In this document: positions 36,516-46,501 of the stretch, piece by piece
Numbering within the stretch: the first letter of the stretch is position 1
How the letters are laid out: every line of letters begins with the position of its first letter
Assembly: GCA_034113365.1 (NCBI GenBank)
Contig: JAXEXP010000102.1
Span: forward strand, 455 to 64,454
Reading direction: 5' to 3'
Origin: Candidatus Spyradocola sp.
GTDB taxonomy: Bacteria; Bacillota; Clostridia; Christensenellales; UBA1750
DNA length: 64,000 nucleotides
Position numbers and translations under genes: made by a program
The notes under the pieces: generated by a model
The model's database searches: none
Told to the model about the DNA's origin: nothing
What the model saw: only the letters and a program-made list of their open reading frames with translations

Positions 36516-36544
36516 ATTATACCACTATTCTGCCCCGCGCGCAA
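36516..36544 (-). promoter_or_regulatory. predicted rpsB promoter
   Basis: Minus strand TTGCGC - 17 nt - TATAAT, giving a structured leader of about 110 nt before the rpsB ATG. Confidence 0.45.
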
Positions 36545-36688
36545 CCGTTTCAGTCCAAGTTTTGGCGCAATTTTAACATGCGCTGCGCAAAATTCCTCCA
36601 TTTGTCAAAAAAGCCGAAACCAAGCGCCCGCATCCATCAATATTATGGATGACGGGCCGCCAATCGAGAGCAGAAAGGAGCTGATGAT

Positions 36689-37237
36689 GTGGATGAGCAC
36701 GAGGCGCTGAGCGCGCTCCGGCGCAGGGACGAGCGCGCGCTGTAATGGTTCATCGACCGCTACGCCGCCTATGTGGGGACTGTCGCTGCCAATATTCTTG
36801 CATCCGCTCTATCCGTTGCCGACGCCGAGGAAGTATCCGCCGACGTATTCTACACGCTCTGGGTCAATGCAAAGCGCATCCGCCCCGGAAAGGTAAAGCC
36901 CTACCTCGCAGGCGACGCCCGCAACAAGGCAAAGGAGCGCCTGCGCAGGTGCGGCGAAGAGCTGCCGCTCGAGGACGACGTGCTCCTGCTGAGCGCGGAC
37001 CTCCCCGAGCGCAGGCTCGAAGCGCGCGAGCAGACCAGGTTCATCCGGCAGGCCGTACAGTCCATGCCGCAGCCCGAGCGCGAGATCTTTTTCCGCTACT
37101 ATTACTACTGCCAGCCGGTGGCCAGGATCGCGCAGGAGATGGCGCTGAACCCCTCCACCGTCAAGACCCGGCTGCACCGGGGCAGGCAGAAGCTCAAAGA
37201 GACGCTGACAAAAGGAGGCTATCCCATTGAAACTTAG
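36689..37237 (+). pseudogene. ECF-type sigma-70 family factor interrupted by an in-frame TAA at codon 19
   Basis: AGGAG lies 8 nt upstream of GTG 36689. The reading is VDEHEALSALRRRDERAL, then TAA (36743-36745), then WFIDRYAAYVGTVAANIL...ADAEEVSADVFYTLW (region 2) ... IAQEMALNPSTVKTRLHRGRQKL (region 4.2). The ORF-track ORF starts only at GTG 36773. Confidence 0.6.
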
Positions 37238-38042
37238 AATTTCCGACCTGATGGACCATGCAGATCCCCTCCCGGTCGAGCTCAAGCAAAAGGACGCCGT
37301 TTCCGCCGACCGCATCAAGGCGGCGACCCTGCAAAAAGTGCGCGGCGCATCCTCCCGCGCTCCCCTCGCAGGCAAGCTGTCGCGCGCCGGCCTCATCGCC
37401 GCCGTACTGGCCGCCGCCCTGTGCGTGACCGCAGCCGCCGCGGCGGTCAAATGGAGCGGCTTTGCCTTCACCGGCGGCATGAGCGACGCGGAAAAGGCCG
37501 CGCTCCTCCAAAGCGCGTCCACGATGGTCGCCAGCGAGCTCGTCGAGCCGGACGGGACCGTCCATTACCTGGACGAAAACGGCCGCGAGACGCTGGTGCT
37601 GTCCGCGGAGGACGCCGCGGCGTATGAGCAGGCGAAAAACGCCGCGCAGGAGCAGGCGGTGCTGGAGAGCACCGCGCGCATCGACGCCGCCACGCTGCCG
37701 CTGCTACCCCGCTCCATCACGGAGCTGCCCGTCGATGCCGACGGCGCGTTTGCCGAGTGCGCATTGGGCAACGGCTGCATGATCCTGCTCCACCCCGAGG
37801 GGCGGGACGGCTTTTCCCTGTCCCCCGGCAACAGCGTGACCCTCTCCCTCACCGCCAACGACTCCTGCATACTGGAGTTCAGTCTCTTTCGGGACGGCGC
37901 CTTCGTCACTGCGGACACCGCCGCCGCCGGGCAGCACAGCTTCACCTTCCCCATCGACGAGCCCGGCCTCTACTGCTTCGGCGTCGAGTATTGCAGCGCC
38001 GGCGCCAGCACCTTTACCGACTGCACCCTCACCATCCAGTAG
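37227..38042 (+). CDS. sigma-associated single-pass membrane protein (putative anti-sigma factor)
   Basis: It overlaps the sigma gene end by 11 nt. One TM helix (GLIAAVLAAALCVTAAAAAV) separates a short cytoplasmic N-terminus from an extracytoplasmic domain of about 190 aa. The start is uncertain (TTG 37227 or a downstream ATG). Confidence 0.55.
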   Translation: MKLRISDLMDHADPLPVELKQKDAVSADRIKAATLQKVRGASSRAPLAGKLSRAGLIAAVLAAALCVTAAAAAVKWSGFAFTGGMSDAEKAALLQSASTMVASELVEPDGTVHYLDENGRETLVLSAEDAAAYEQAKNAAQEQAVLESTARIDAATLPLLPRSITELPVDADGAFAECALGNGCMILLHPEGRDGFSLSPGNSVTLSLTANDSCILEFSLFRDGAFVTADTAAAGQHSFTFPIDEPGLYCFGVEYCSAGASTFTDCTLTIQ

Positions 38043-38050
38043 GCATCCGC

Positions 38051-38090
38051 AAAAGGAGCCTGCGCTTTCCGTTCAGCGCAGGCTCCTTTT
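38051..38090. terminator. bidirectional terminator between the anti-sigma-like gene and the GNAT gene
   Basis: AAAA-GGAGCCTGCGC-tttccgttca-GCGCAGGCTCC-TTTT. Confidence 0.8.
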
Positions 38091-38117
38091 CACCATCCCG
38101 CTTCCCAGCATCAGCCT

Positions 38118-38603
38118 CTACGGAAGTCTTTCCATATAGACAAATCCATCCCCCTCCGACTCCCGCAGATCCTCCGGCATCTCGCGCCGCACAAAGCCCA
38201 GCCGCTCATACAGCCGGATCGCCTTTTCGTTCAGCGGATTGGGATCGACCCACACCCTCGACGCCCCCTGCCGGAAGGCCTCCTCCATCGCAAACGAAAG
38301 CGCCCGCGCGGCGATCCCACGCCCGCGCGCAAATGCAAACGGCTTGATGTCCACCGCCGCGCCGTTCCCCCGCTTCTCATCGATCCTGTAGAACGTCTCC
38401 CCACAAAACACGCCGTCCTCAAACACGGAATAATGGTTCACCCGGGGCCGCAACCTCCGAATCCACTCGTACCATTGCCCCATCTCCTCATCGCACTGCT
38501 GCAAACCCTCCGGAAACCCTACAAATCTCATCACGTCCCCGTCCGCCCACAACCGCTGCACATCGCCCAGATCCTTCTCACAGGTCTCCAAAATCTCAAT
38601 CAC
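38118..38603 (-). CDS. GNAT family N-acetyltransferase
   Basis: Start set to GTG 38603 (GGAGG 8 nt upstream). FAFARGRGIAARALSFAMEEAF and NEKAIRLYERLGF motifs are present. 161 aa. Confidence 0.75.
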   Translation of the reverse strand: MIEILETCEKDLGDVQRLWADGDVMRFVGFPEGLQQCDEEMGQWYEWIRRLRPRVNHYSVFEDGVFCGETFYRIDEKRGNGAAVDIKPFAFARGRGIAARALSFAMEEAFRQGASRVWVDPNPLNEKAIRLYERLGFVRREMPEDLRESEGDGFVYMERLP

Positions 38604-38710
38604 CCAAAACGCCTCCCTCCATCCTCTTCCCCATACCGATCCCCTCATTTCATTCCGGCAGCAAACAGCGCCCACACGACACTCCCCGCGCAGGCGCTGT
38701 TCCATCTTCC

Positions 38711-39310
38711 CTATTCTTTCTCACACCCGAGGATCTCCCACACCTTCTGCGGGATGTTCTCATAATAATGCCGGTAGCCCTCGTCGTTGGGGTGCCACGG
38801 GTCGTGCGCCCATCCCTCGGGGTAATGCCCGTGTCCGTCCTCGATGCCGTCCAGCCACTGCATCACGGGAACCTCCCAGGTGTCCATCTCGTCATACACC
38901 CGCCGCAGCCAGGCGTACTGCTCAGGCGTGTAGTCGTCGTTGGGGTACACGCCGCCCACGATGGGGAAGATCCCCGCCTCCTGCAGCGCCTGCACGATCT
39001 TTTTCAGGTTGGACAGAAAGATGCCGCAGGGCACCGCGAGGTTCTCCGCCGTGCTCAGCCCCTCGTTGGACAGCCCCAGCCCCACGATGCACACCGCGGG
39101 CGCGTGGTCGATCACGTCGCGCTGCAGCCGCAGCAGGATGTCCGCCGTGGTCTGCCCGCCGATGGCGCAGTTGCTCGTCGTCCAACCGTTGCGCGCCATG
39201 CGCTCAGCCATCATGGTGCTCCAGCCGCGGTCGTTCGTCGCGCCGCTGCCCACGCACACGCTCGAGCCGATGAAGATCGCCGTCTTGCCCCGCTTCAGGT
39301 CGATGGTCAT
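38711..39310 (-). CDS. SGNH/GDSL hydrolase family protein
   Basis: Start trimmed to the ATG at 39310 (GGAAGGGAG upstream). Block I is IFIGSSVCVGSG. The C-terminal H is in WHPNDEGY. 199 aa. Confidence 0.7.
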   Translation of the reverse strand: MTIDLKRGKTAIFIGSSVCVGSGATNDRGWSTMMAERMARNGWTTSNCAIGGQTTADILLRLQRDVIDHAPAVCIVGLGLSNEGLSTAENLAVPCGIFLSNLKKIVQALQEAGIFPIVGGVYPNDDYTPEQYAWLRRVYDEMDTWEVPVMQWLDGIEDGHGHYPEGWAHDPWHPNDEGYRHYYENIPQKVWEILGCEKE

Positions 39311-39410
39311 GGTAAAGTCTCCCTTCCGTGTTTGCGTCGCCACCAGTATAGCACAGCGCGCCGGAAGGCGCAATTTCGAGCGCAGCGAGAAATCTCTCAT
39401 TGCTCTGCCG

Positions 39411-40556
39411 TCACAGCCGCAGCAGCCCGCCCAGCGCCTCCTCGCCGTCGCAGCCCATGCCGCGCAGGATCACCGCCGCGTTGTGGTCAAACCGCGAGTG
39501 CTCGATCAGCCGGAACGCAGCAGCAGCAGCGTCCACATAGGCCTCCCGCTCCTCGCAGCCCGCCACGCACCCCACCGTCAGGTACCGCACCAGCGCGTAG
39601 GTCGCGCAAAGCGCCAGCCCCTCGTCCCGCAGGTTCTCCTGCGCGTCGGAAAAGGGGAAGCATTCGTAGAACAGGTGGTTGAGCAGCATGTTCTCAAAGT
39701 CCCGCTGCCAGTGCGGAAACAGCGCCGCAAAGTGCGCCTGCACCCGTTCTAGCGCCGCCGCATCGGTCAACGCCTCCGCCGCCCGCTCGCCGTATTCCCC
39801 CAGGCTCGTGCTGCTCTCCGCCAGCACGCCGCACAGCTCGCGCACGCACTTCAGCGCCGCCGCAGCATCCCCCTGCGGCAATTCCGCAGGCTCCGCGCAC
39901 AGCGAGCGCCGCGTCAGCACCTCCAGCATGTCGCCCTGCGCGCCATCCAGCAGCGGCTCGACCTCCAGCAGCGCGTCCCGCACCAGCCAGACGCGGTCCC
40001 ACACCGGGATCTTCCGGTTGTGCAGAATGTCGCTGCACATCTTGCGGATGGCGTTGTAGTAGCCGCGCGGCTTGCGCAGCGCCCTCCCCTTGGGCGGATC
40101 GAACGCAAAGCGCAGCTCGCAGGCGATCGTGGTCAGCGGCTCCTCCCGGTCGAACAGCATCTCCAGCACCTTTTCGCAGCTGTTGGTGCAGGAACACTCG
40201 TAGGCGAACTCAGTGTGCACGCCGCGCGGATAGTAGCGGCACACCGCGGGCAGCGCCTCCTCGCCGCAGGCGCACTGCAGCGCGCACAGCCCGTCCTGCG
40301 CCCGCAGCGGGCAGTCGCCGTCCCAGCGCGGTGTGAGCAGCATATACCGCTCGGGCGACGGGTCCCGGGGCGCGTGGAATGCGCAGTCCAGCCGCCTGCG
40401 CAGCTCGGGCGGGCAGTCCATGCCCAGCAGCCGGAAATACTCCTGCTGCGATACCGATATGCCCCACCCGCTGCAGCAGGTGCAGCGGCATTCCCCGCCC
40501 TTGCAGCGGAACTCCGGATAGTAATCCGGCACCAGGAATTTGTGTGTCAGCCCCAT
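39411..40556 (-). CDS. FliB-family (flagellin lysine-N-methylase-like) cysteine-rich protein
   Basis: The N-terminus VPDYYPEFRCKGGECRCTCCSGWGISVSQQEYFRL matches the CxxxxCxxxCCxGWxI signature of the FliB/YkgJ-like family. The start is ATG 40556 (GGGAGG 9-11 nt upstream). Confidence 0.6.
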   Translation of the reverse strand: MGLTHKFLVPDYYPEFRCKGGECRCTCCSGWGISVSQQEYFRLLGMDCPPELRRRLDCAFHAPRDPSPERYMLLTPRWDGDCPLRAQDGLCALQCACGEEALPAVCRYYPRGVHTEFAYECSCTNSCEKVLEMLFDREEPLTTIACELRFAFDPPKGRALRKPRGYYNAIRKMCSDILHNRKIPVWDRVWLVRDALLEVEPLLDGAQGDMLEVLTRRSLCAEPAELPQGDAAAALKCVRELCGVLAESSTSLGEYGERAAEALTDAAALERVQAHFAALFPHWQRDFENMLLNHLFYECFPFSDAQENLRDEGLALCATYALVRYLTVGCVAGCEEREAYVDAAAAAFRLIEHSRFDHNAAVILRGMGCDGEEALGGLLRL

Positions 40557-40763
40557 GGCAGGCGGCACCTCCCATCCTCAATTTTTCTTTGTGCGCATTA
40601 TAATTTCCGGCCCGCCGGGAATCCAGCCCCTTTTCGTTACGCCCACGTTATTTTTAGAACACTGTTTTACATTCCGGGCAAGGATTTCCAGTGCATTTTT
40701 TCATCGTCCGTGTTATAATAAATTCCGTCAAATGTGACCGATCGACCCGAACGGAGGCCCGCA

Positions 40764-41237
40764 TTGAACGCGATCCAGCAGTTTTACACCTACGTCCAGG
40801 ACCTGCTCGCCGACCCCAAGGTGCGCAAAATGGCGAGCATCGCGCACCACACGCAGCGCATCTCCTGCCTGGACCACAGTTTGTTTGTATCCTATGTGGG
40901 GTTCCGCCTTTCGCGCCTGTTCGGCGGCGACTGCCGGGCCGTCACAAAGGGCGGCCTGCTGCACGACCTGTATCTGAGCACCCGCTGCCGCGAGCGCTCC
41001 ATGTTCCGCCACCTGATCCTCCACCCCGAGATGGCCGTGCGCAACGCGCAGTCCTTTCACCTGACGGAGCTGGAGGCGGGCATCATCCGCAAGCACATGT
41101 GGCCCGTGACCATCACCAAGGTGCCCACCCGCCGCGAGGAGATCATCGTCTCGCTGGCCGACAAGATCTGCGCCGTGGCCGAGGTCACCGGCATCTACTG
41201 GCGCCTCAAGTGCCGCCAGGCGCTGCACAGCATGTAA
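40764..41237 (+). CDS. HD-domain phosphohydrolase
   Basis: HHTQRISCLDHSLFV...GGLLHDLY are the HD motifs. The likely start is TTG 40764 (GGAGG 6 nt upstream), while the ORF-track GTG 40734 lacks an SD. TATAAT lies about 50 nt upstream. Confidence 0.7.
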   Translation: MNAIQQFYTYVQDLLADPKVRKMASIAHHTQRISCLDHSLFVSYVGFRLSRLFGGDCRAVTKGGLLHDLYLSTRCRERSMFRHLILHPEMAVRNAQSFHLTELEAGIIRKHMWPVTITKVPTRREEIIVSLADKICAVAEVTGIYWRLKCRQALHSM

Positions 41238-41248
41238 AACCGCATAAA

Positions 41249-41295
41249 CGCCCTCCCGCAGCCGCATCTTCGCAGCCGCAGGAGGGCGCTTTTTT
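41249..41295. terminator. convergent terminator between the HD gene and the C39-like gene
   Basis: CGCCCTCC-cgcagccgcatcttcgcagccgca-GGAGGGCG followed by CTTTTTT. Confidence 0.7.
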
Positions 41296-41310
41296 CGTCC
41301 CTTCCATGGT

Positions 41311-41853
41311 TCAGATCACATATTCCACCGTGCGCTCCGCGGTGAGCATGGTGCGCTCGTTGAACACCAGCACCGCCTCGCGCGCCGCCGCAGGCCCCAT
41401 CGCATACGGCTCCCAGCACTCCTTTTCCAGCGCGCTGACCGGCACGATGCGGTTGTACTGCTTCGGATGCTCCGCATCCATCCCGATCTGCCCGTCCTCA
41501 AAGGGCTGCTCGCGGTAGTAGGGGTCGAACAGATAGACGCTGTCGCCCTGGATCTGCGTCAGCAGCACGTAATGCCACCCCTCAAAGTCCACCAGCACCA
41601 CCGCCGCGCCGCCCCGCTGCAGCGCATCGCGCAGCGCGCCGTTCTGCCCCAGGTGCACCGCCTCGCCCGTGATGTACCGGCAGCGGATGGGCAGATGCCC
41701 CGCGTGCCCGTAGCAGTCCAGGCAGTAGAGCATGATGTTGCGCACGATCTCCGGCGGGATCTCCTCGCGCTCGAACAGGTAGTTGACGGCGTTGAGCAGC
41801 GAAGTGGGCCCGCAGTCGTACTCCGTGAGCTGATAATGCAGCGGATTCTTCAT
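41311..41853 (-). CDS. cytosolic C39-like / papain-fold cysteine peptidase domain protein
   Basis: ORF trimmed to the ATG at 41853, which overlaps the hydE TGA (ATGA). 180 aa. YDCGPTSLLNA gives the nucleophile Cys context, followed by GWHYVLL (His) and LFDPYY (Asp). No signal peptide. Confidence 0.6.
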   Translation of the reverse strand: MKNPLHYQLTEYDCGPTSLLNAVNYLFEREEIPPEIVRNIMLYCLDCYGHAGHLPIRCRYITGEAVHLGQNGALRDALQRGGAAVVLVDFEGWHYVLLTQIQGDSVYLFDPYYREQPFEDGQIGMDAEHPKQYNRIVPVSALEKECWEPYAMGPAAAREAVLVFNERTMLTAERTVEYVI

Positions 41854-42908
41854 GCCTTCCGCTCCTTTTTGACGTCGCCCACCGCCGTGACGATGCGGTA
41901 GCCCGCCCAGTTGACGCGCGCCTCCAGGCAGCCTCGGCACTGCGCGGCCTCCTCGCCGGTGCAGATCTTGTTGTCGTAGAGCAGGTAGAGCTTGCGCACC
42001 CCCACGGGCGAGAGGTTGGGCATCACCACGTTCGCGCCCGCCCGCAGGCCCTTTTCGCGCCCCATCGGGTGCACCGTGCCCAGCGCCGTGGTGGCGGGGA
42101 TGAGCGCGTAGGGGAACAGCAGGCGCAGCACCGCGAGCAGACGCAGCGTCAGCTCCAGGCTGCCCGCCATTTGGTCCGCAAAGGGCGTGTCCGCATGGGG
42201 GATGTACGGCCCGATGCCGATCATGTCGGGCTGCAGCTGCTGCATGAACCGGATGTCCTCGATCAGGCATTCCGTGGTCTGCCCGGGCGATCCCACCATG
42301 AAGCCCGTCCCCACCTGATAGCCGATCTCCTTTAGGTCAAACAGGCAGCGCTTGCGGTTTTCCAGGCTGGCTTCCGGCGGATGCAGCCGGGCATAGTGCG
42401 CCGCATTGGCCGTCTCGTGCCGCAGCAGGTAGCGGTTCGCGCCCGCGTCAAAGTACGCCTGATAGCTCTCCCTCGGCCGCTCGTCGATGGACAGCGTGAT
42501 GGCGCAGTCCGGGTACGCCTTGCGGATGCGCGACACAATGCTGCAAATGCGCTCGTCGGTGAAATACGGATCGGTGCCGCCCTGCAGCACGAAGGTGCGG
42601 AACCCCAGCCCGTAGCCCTCCTCGCAGCAGGCCAGGATCTCCTCCTCCGTCAGCCGGTAGCGCTGCGCCTTGCGGTTGTCCCGGCGGATGCCGCAGTAAT
42701 AGCAGTTGTTCCTGCAATAATTGGTAAACTCGATCAGCCCGCGCAGGTACACCTCGTCGCCGTACACCGCCCGGCGCACGCCGTCCGCCGCCGCAAACAG
42801 CGCCTCATCCCATTGGTCCGTCTCCAGCAGCGCCTTCAGCTCCCCGTCGGGCAGATCGCGCTCCGCCTTCATCCTCTCGATCCACTGCAATCCCTGCTGC
42901 TCCTGCAT
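41850..42908 (-). CDS. hydE: [FeFe] hydrogenase H-cluster radical SAM maturase HydE
   Basis: 352 aa with the radical SAM motif CRNNCYYCGIRRDN. The sequence is collinear with Thermotoga HydE as I recall it (YLLRHETAN, GxMVGxPGQT, IGIGPxIPH, IPATTA). Confidence 0.88.
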   Translation of the reverse strand: MQEQQGLQWIERMKAERDLPDGELKALLETDQWDEALFAAADGVRRAVYGDEVYLRGLIEFTNYCRNNCYYCGIRRDNRKAQRYRLTEEEILACCEEGYGLGFRTFVLQGGTDPYFTDERICSIVSRIRKAYPDCAITLSIDERPRESYQAYFDAGANRYLLRHETANAAHYARLHPPEASLENRKRCLFDLKEIGYQVGTGFMVGSPGQTTECLIEDIRFMQQLQPDMIGIGPYIPHADTPFADQMAGSLELTLRLLAVLRLLFPYALIPATTALGTVHPMGREKGLRAGANVVMPNLSPVGVRKLYLLYDNKICTGEEAAQCRGCLEARVNWAGYRIVTAVGDVKKERKA

Positions 42909-42954
42909 GCCGCTCGCGCCCCCATAAATACATACATTCCTAGTATGTTAATAG

Positions 42955-42983
42955 AGTGTATCAGCATTTCCGCCGCCTGTCAA
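42955..42983 (-). promoter_or_regulatory. predicted hydE promoter
   Basis: Minus strand TTGACA - 17 nt - TACACT, immediately after the dnaJ terminator U-tract. Confidence 0.5.
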
Positions 42984-42987
42984 TGGC

Positions 42988-43034
42988 AAAAAACGCAAAA
43001 ACAGACGCCGCACGCACTGCTGCGCACGGCGTCT
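42988..43034 (-). terminator. rho-independent terminator of the dnaK operon (hairpin copy with U-tract)
   Basis: Minus strand AGACGCCG-tgcgcagcagtgcgtg-CGGCGTCT followed by GTTTTTGCGTTTTTTG. Confidence 0.8.
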
Positions 43035-43331
43035 CAGCCTGTCAAAATACAGGCATGTGCTCCCCGGGGATGCATGAAGGGGCCGCAGCCCCTTCATCTT
43101 CAATCCGCAGGCGGGGGCATGTACCCCGCCGAGGAGCGATTTTCTGTACGTTAGGAAGGATAAAGGATGGATGGCTTCTCTTTTCCATCCGTTCCCTAAC
43201 TATTTGCAGATGGAAAATCGCTTCCGATACAGAATAATTCGTGTGCGGCAAGGCCGTGCGCGAATTTTTCTGCAATTCGAAAAAGATGAGGTTTCATCTT
43301 TTTCGAGCCTGTCGACTTTGTCGACAGGCTG
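43035..43331. mobile_element. MITE-like, ORF-less, hairpin-rich 297-bp insertion with 9-bp terminal inverted repeats
   Basis: CAGCCTGTC (43035-43043) and GACAGGCTG (43323-43331) bound the element. It is flanked by identical 32-bp direct repeats at 43003-43034 and 43332-43363. Internal perfect hairpins lie at 43074-43097, 43278-43305 and 43306-43330. Confidence 0.5.
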
Positions 43332-43363
43332 AGACGCCGCACGCACTGCTGCGCACGGCGTCT
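43332..43363. repeat. second copy of the 32-bp dnaJ terminator hairpin (no U-tract)
   Basis: AGACGCCGCACGCACTGCTGCGCACGGCGTCT is identical to 43003-43034. Confidence 0.9.
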
Positions 43364-43372
43364 GTCACGCCG

Positions 43373-44536
43373 TCAATCCTTGAATTTGTCGAAGAATTCC
43401 TTCACGGACTTGCGGAAGTTGTCGCCCCGGTTGGCGCCGGAGGCCTTGCCGCCCATCGCGTCGTCGAACAGCTTGAGCGCCATGCGCTGCTTCTCGTTGA
43501 GGCGCTTGGGCACCTCCACCTTCAGCGTCACGAACAGGTCGCCGCGCTGCGAGGGATTGCGCAGCACCGGCACGCCCTGCCCCTTGACGCGCAGCACGGT
43601 GTCGGGCTGCGTGCCCTCGGGGATGGTCTCCTTGACGCTCTCCTTGAGCGTCTCGATGTTCAGCTCATCGCCCAGCGCGGCCTGCGCAAAGCTGATGTTC
43701 ATCTCGCTGTACAGGTTCACGCCGTCCCTGCGGAACTTCCGGTGCGGCCGCACGGAGATGGCCACGTACAGGTCGCCCGAGGGGCCGCCGCGCTTGCCGG
43801 GCTCGCCCTCGCCGCGCAGCGTCAGCGCCTGACCGTTGTCTATGCCGGCGGGGATGGTCACGGTGATGGTGCGCTGGCGGCGCACGGTGCCCTTGCCGCC
43901 GCACTTGGGGCAGGGGTCGGAGATGATCTTGCCCTCGCCGCCGCACTTGGGGCAGGGCGCGGAGGTGCGCATGGAGCCGAGCATGGTCTGCTGCACGCGG
44001 GTGACGGTGCCCGTGCCGTGGCACTGGTCGCAGGTCACGGGCGAGGTGCCGGGTTTTGCGCCCGTGCCGCCGCAGTTGTCGCAGTTCTCGTTGCGCGCGA
44101 TGTTGATCTCCTTCTTGCAGCCGAACACCGCTTCCTCAAAGTTGATGGTCAGGTTGTAGCGCAGGTCGTTGCCGCGCTCGGGGCCGTTGTTCCTCTGCGC
44201 GCTGCCGCCGCCGAATCCGCCGAATCCGCCCGAACCGAATATCGTCTCAAAAATATCTTCAAAGCCCGAGCCGCCGGTGTAGGTGGTGTAGCTGCCGTAG
44301 TTGCCGCCCGCCGTGGGGTCCTCGTGGCCGAACTGGTCATACCTGGCTCTGCGCTGGTCGTCGGAAAGCACCTCGTATGCTTCGTTGACCTCCTTGAACG
44401 CGGCCTCCGCCTCCTTATCGCCCGGATTGAGGTCGGGGTGATACTTCTTGGCCAGGCGGCGATACGCGCTCTTGATCTCGGCTTCCGACGCACCGCGCTC
44501 TACGCCCAGTACCTCGTAATAATCGCGTTTTGCCAA
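43373..44536 (-). CDS. dnaJ: molecular chaperone DnaJ
   Basis: 387 aa. The J domain is DYYEVLGV...[16 protein letters not shown] region follows, then four CxxCxGxG zinc-finger repeats. Confidence 0.97.
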   Translation of the reverse strand: MAKRDYYEVLGVERGASEAEIKSAYRRLAKKYHPDLNPGDKEAEAAFKEVNEAYEVLSDDQRRARYDQFGHEDPTAGGNYGSYTTYTGGSGFEDIFETIFGSGGFGGFGGGSAQRNNGPERGNDLRYNLTINFEEAVFGCKKEINIARNENCDNCGGTGAKPGTSPVTCDQCHGTGTVTRVQQTMLGSMRTSAPCPKCGGEGKIISDPCPKCGGKGTVRRQRTITVTIPAGIDNGQALTLRGEGEPGKRGGPSGDLYVAISVRPHRKFRRDGVNLYSEMNISFAQAALGDELNIETLKESVKETIPEGTQPDTVLRVKGQGVPVLRNPSQRGDLFVTLKVEVPKRLNEKQRMALKLFDDAMGGKASGANRGDNFRKSVKEFFDKFKD

Positions 44537-44604
44537 AGGTGTTTCCTCCTCGCCCGAAAGGGAATGACGACCGGCGCCATTCCCTTTCGCTCTGTGTCAA
44601 AGCC

Positions 44605-46431
<1,827 letters not shown>

Positions 46432-46501
46432 AAAGAAGCCTCCTTCAAAACTTTCAGAAACTGTTGATTACTTCATTAAAAATCAGATCGTGACGGGAAA
46501 C

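Noticed and set aside
36743-36745. The in-frame TAA in the sigma factor gene interpreted as programmed readthrough or recoding.
   Set aside because: TAA is the least leaky stop. No downstream stimulatory structure or recoding context is evident, and all other genes in the window use TAA as a normal stop. A nonsense mutation or sequencing error is the simpler explanation.
42956-43237. A 93-aa ORF inside the dnaJ-hydE spacer as possible cargo of the inserted element.
   Set aside because: It has no RBS. It spans the terminator hairpin and several perfect palindromes, and its composition is typical of non-coding sequence. The element is better described as ORF-less.
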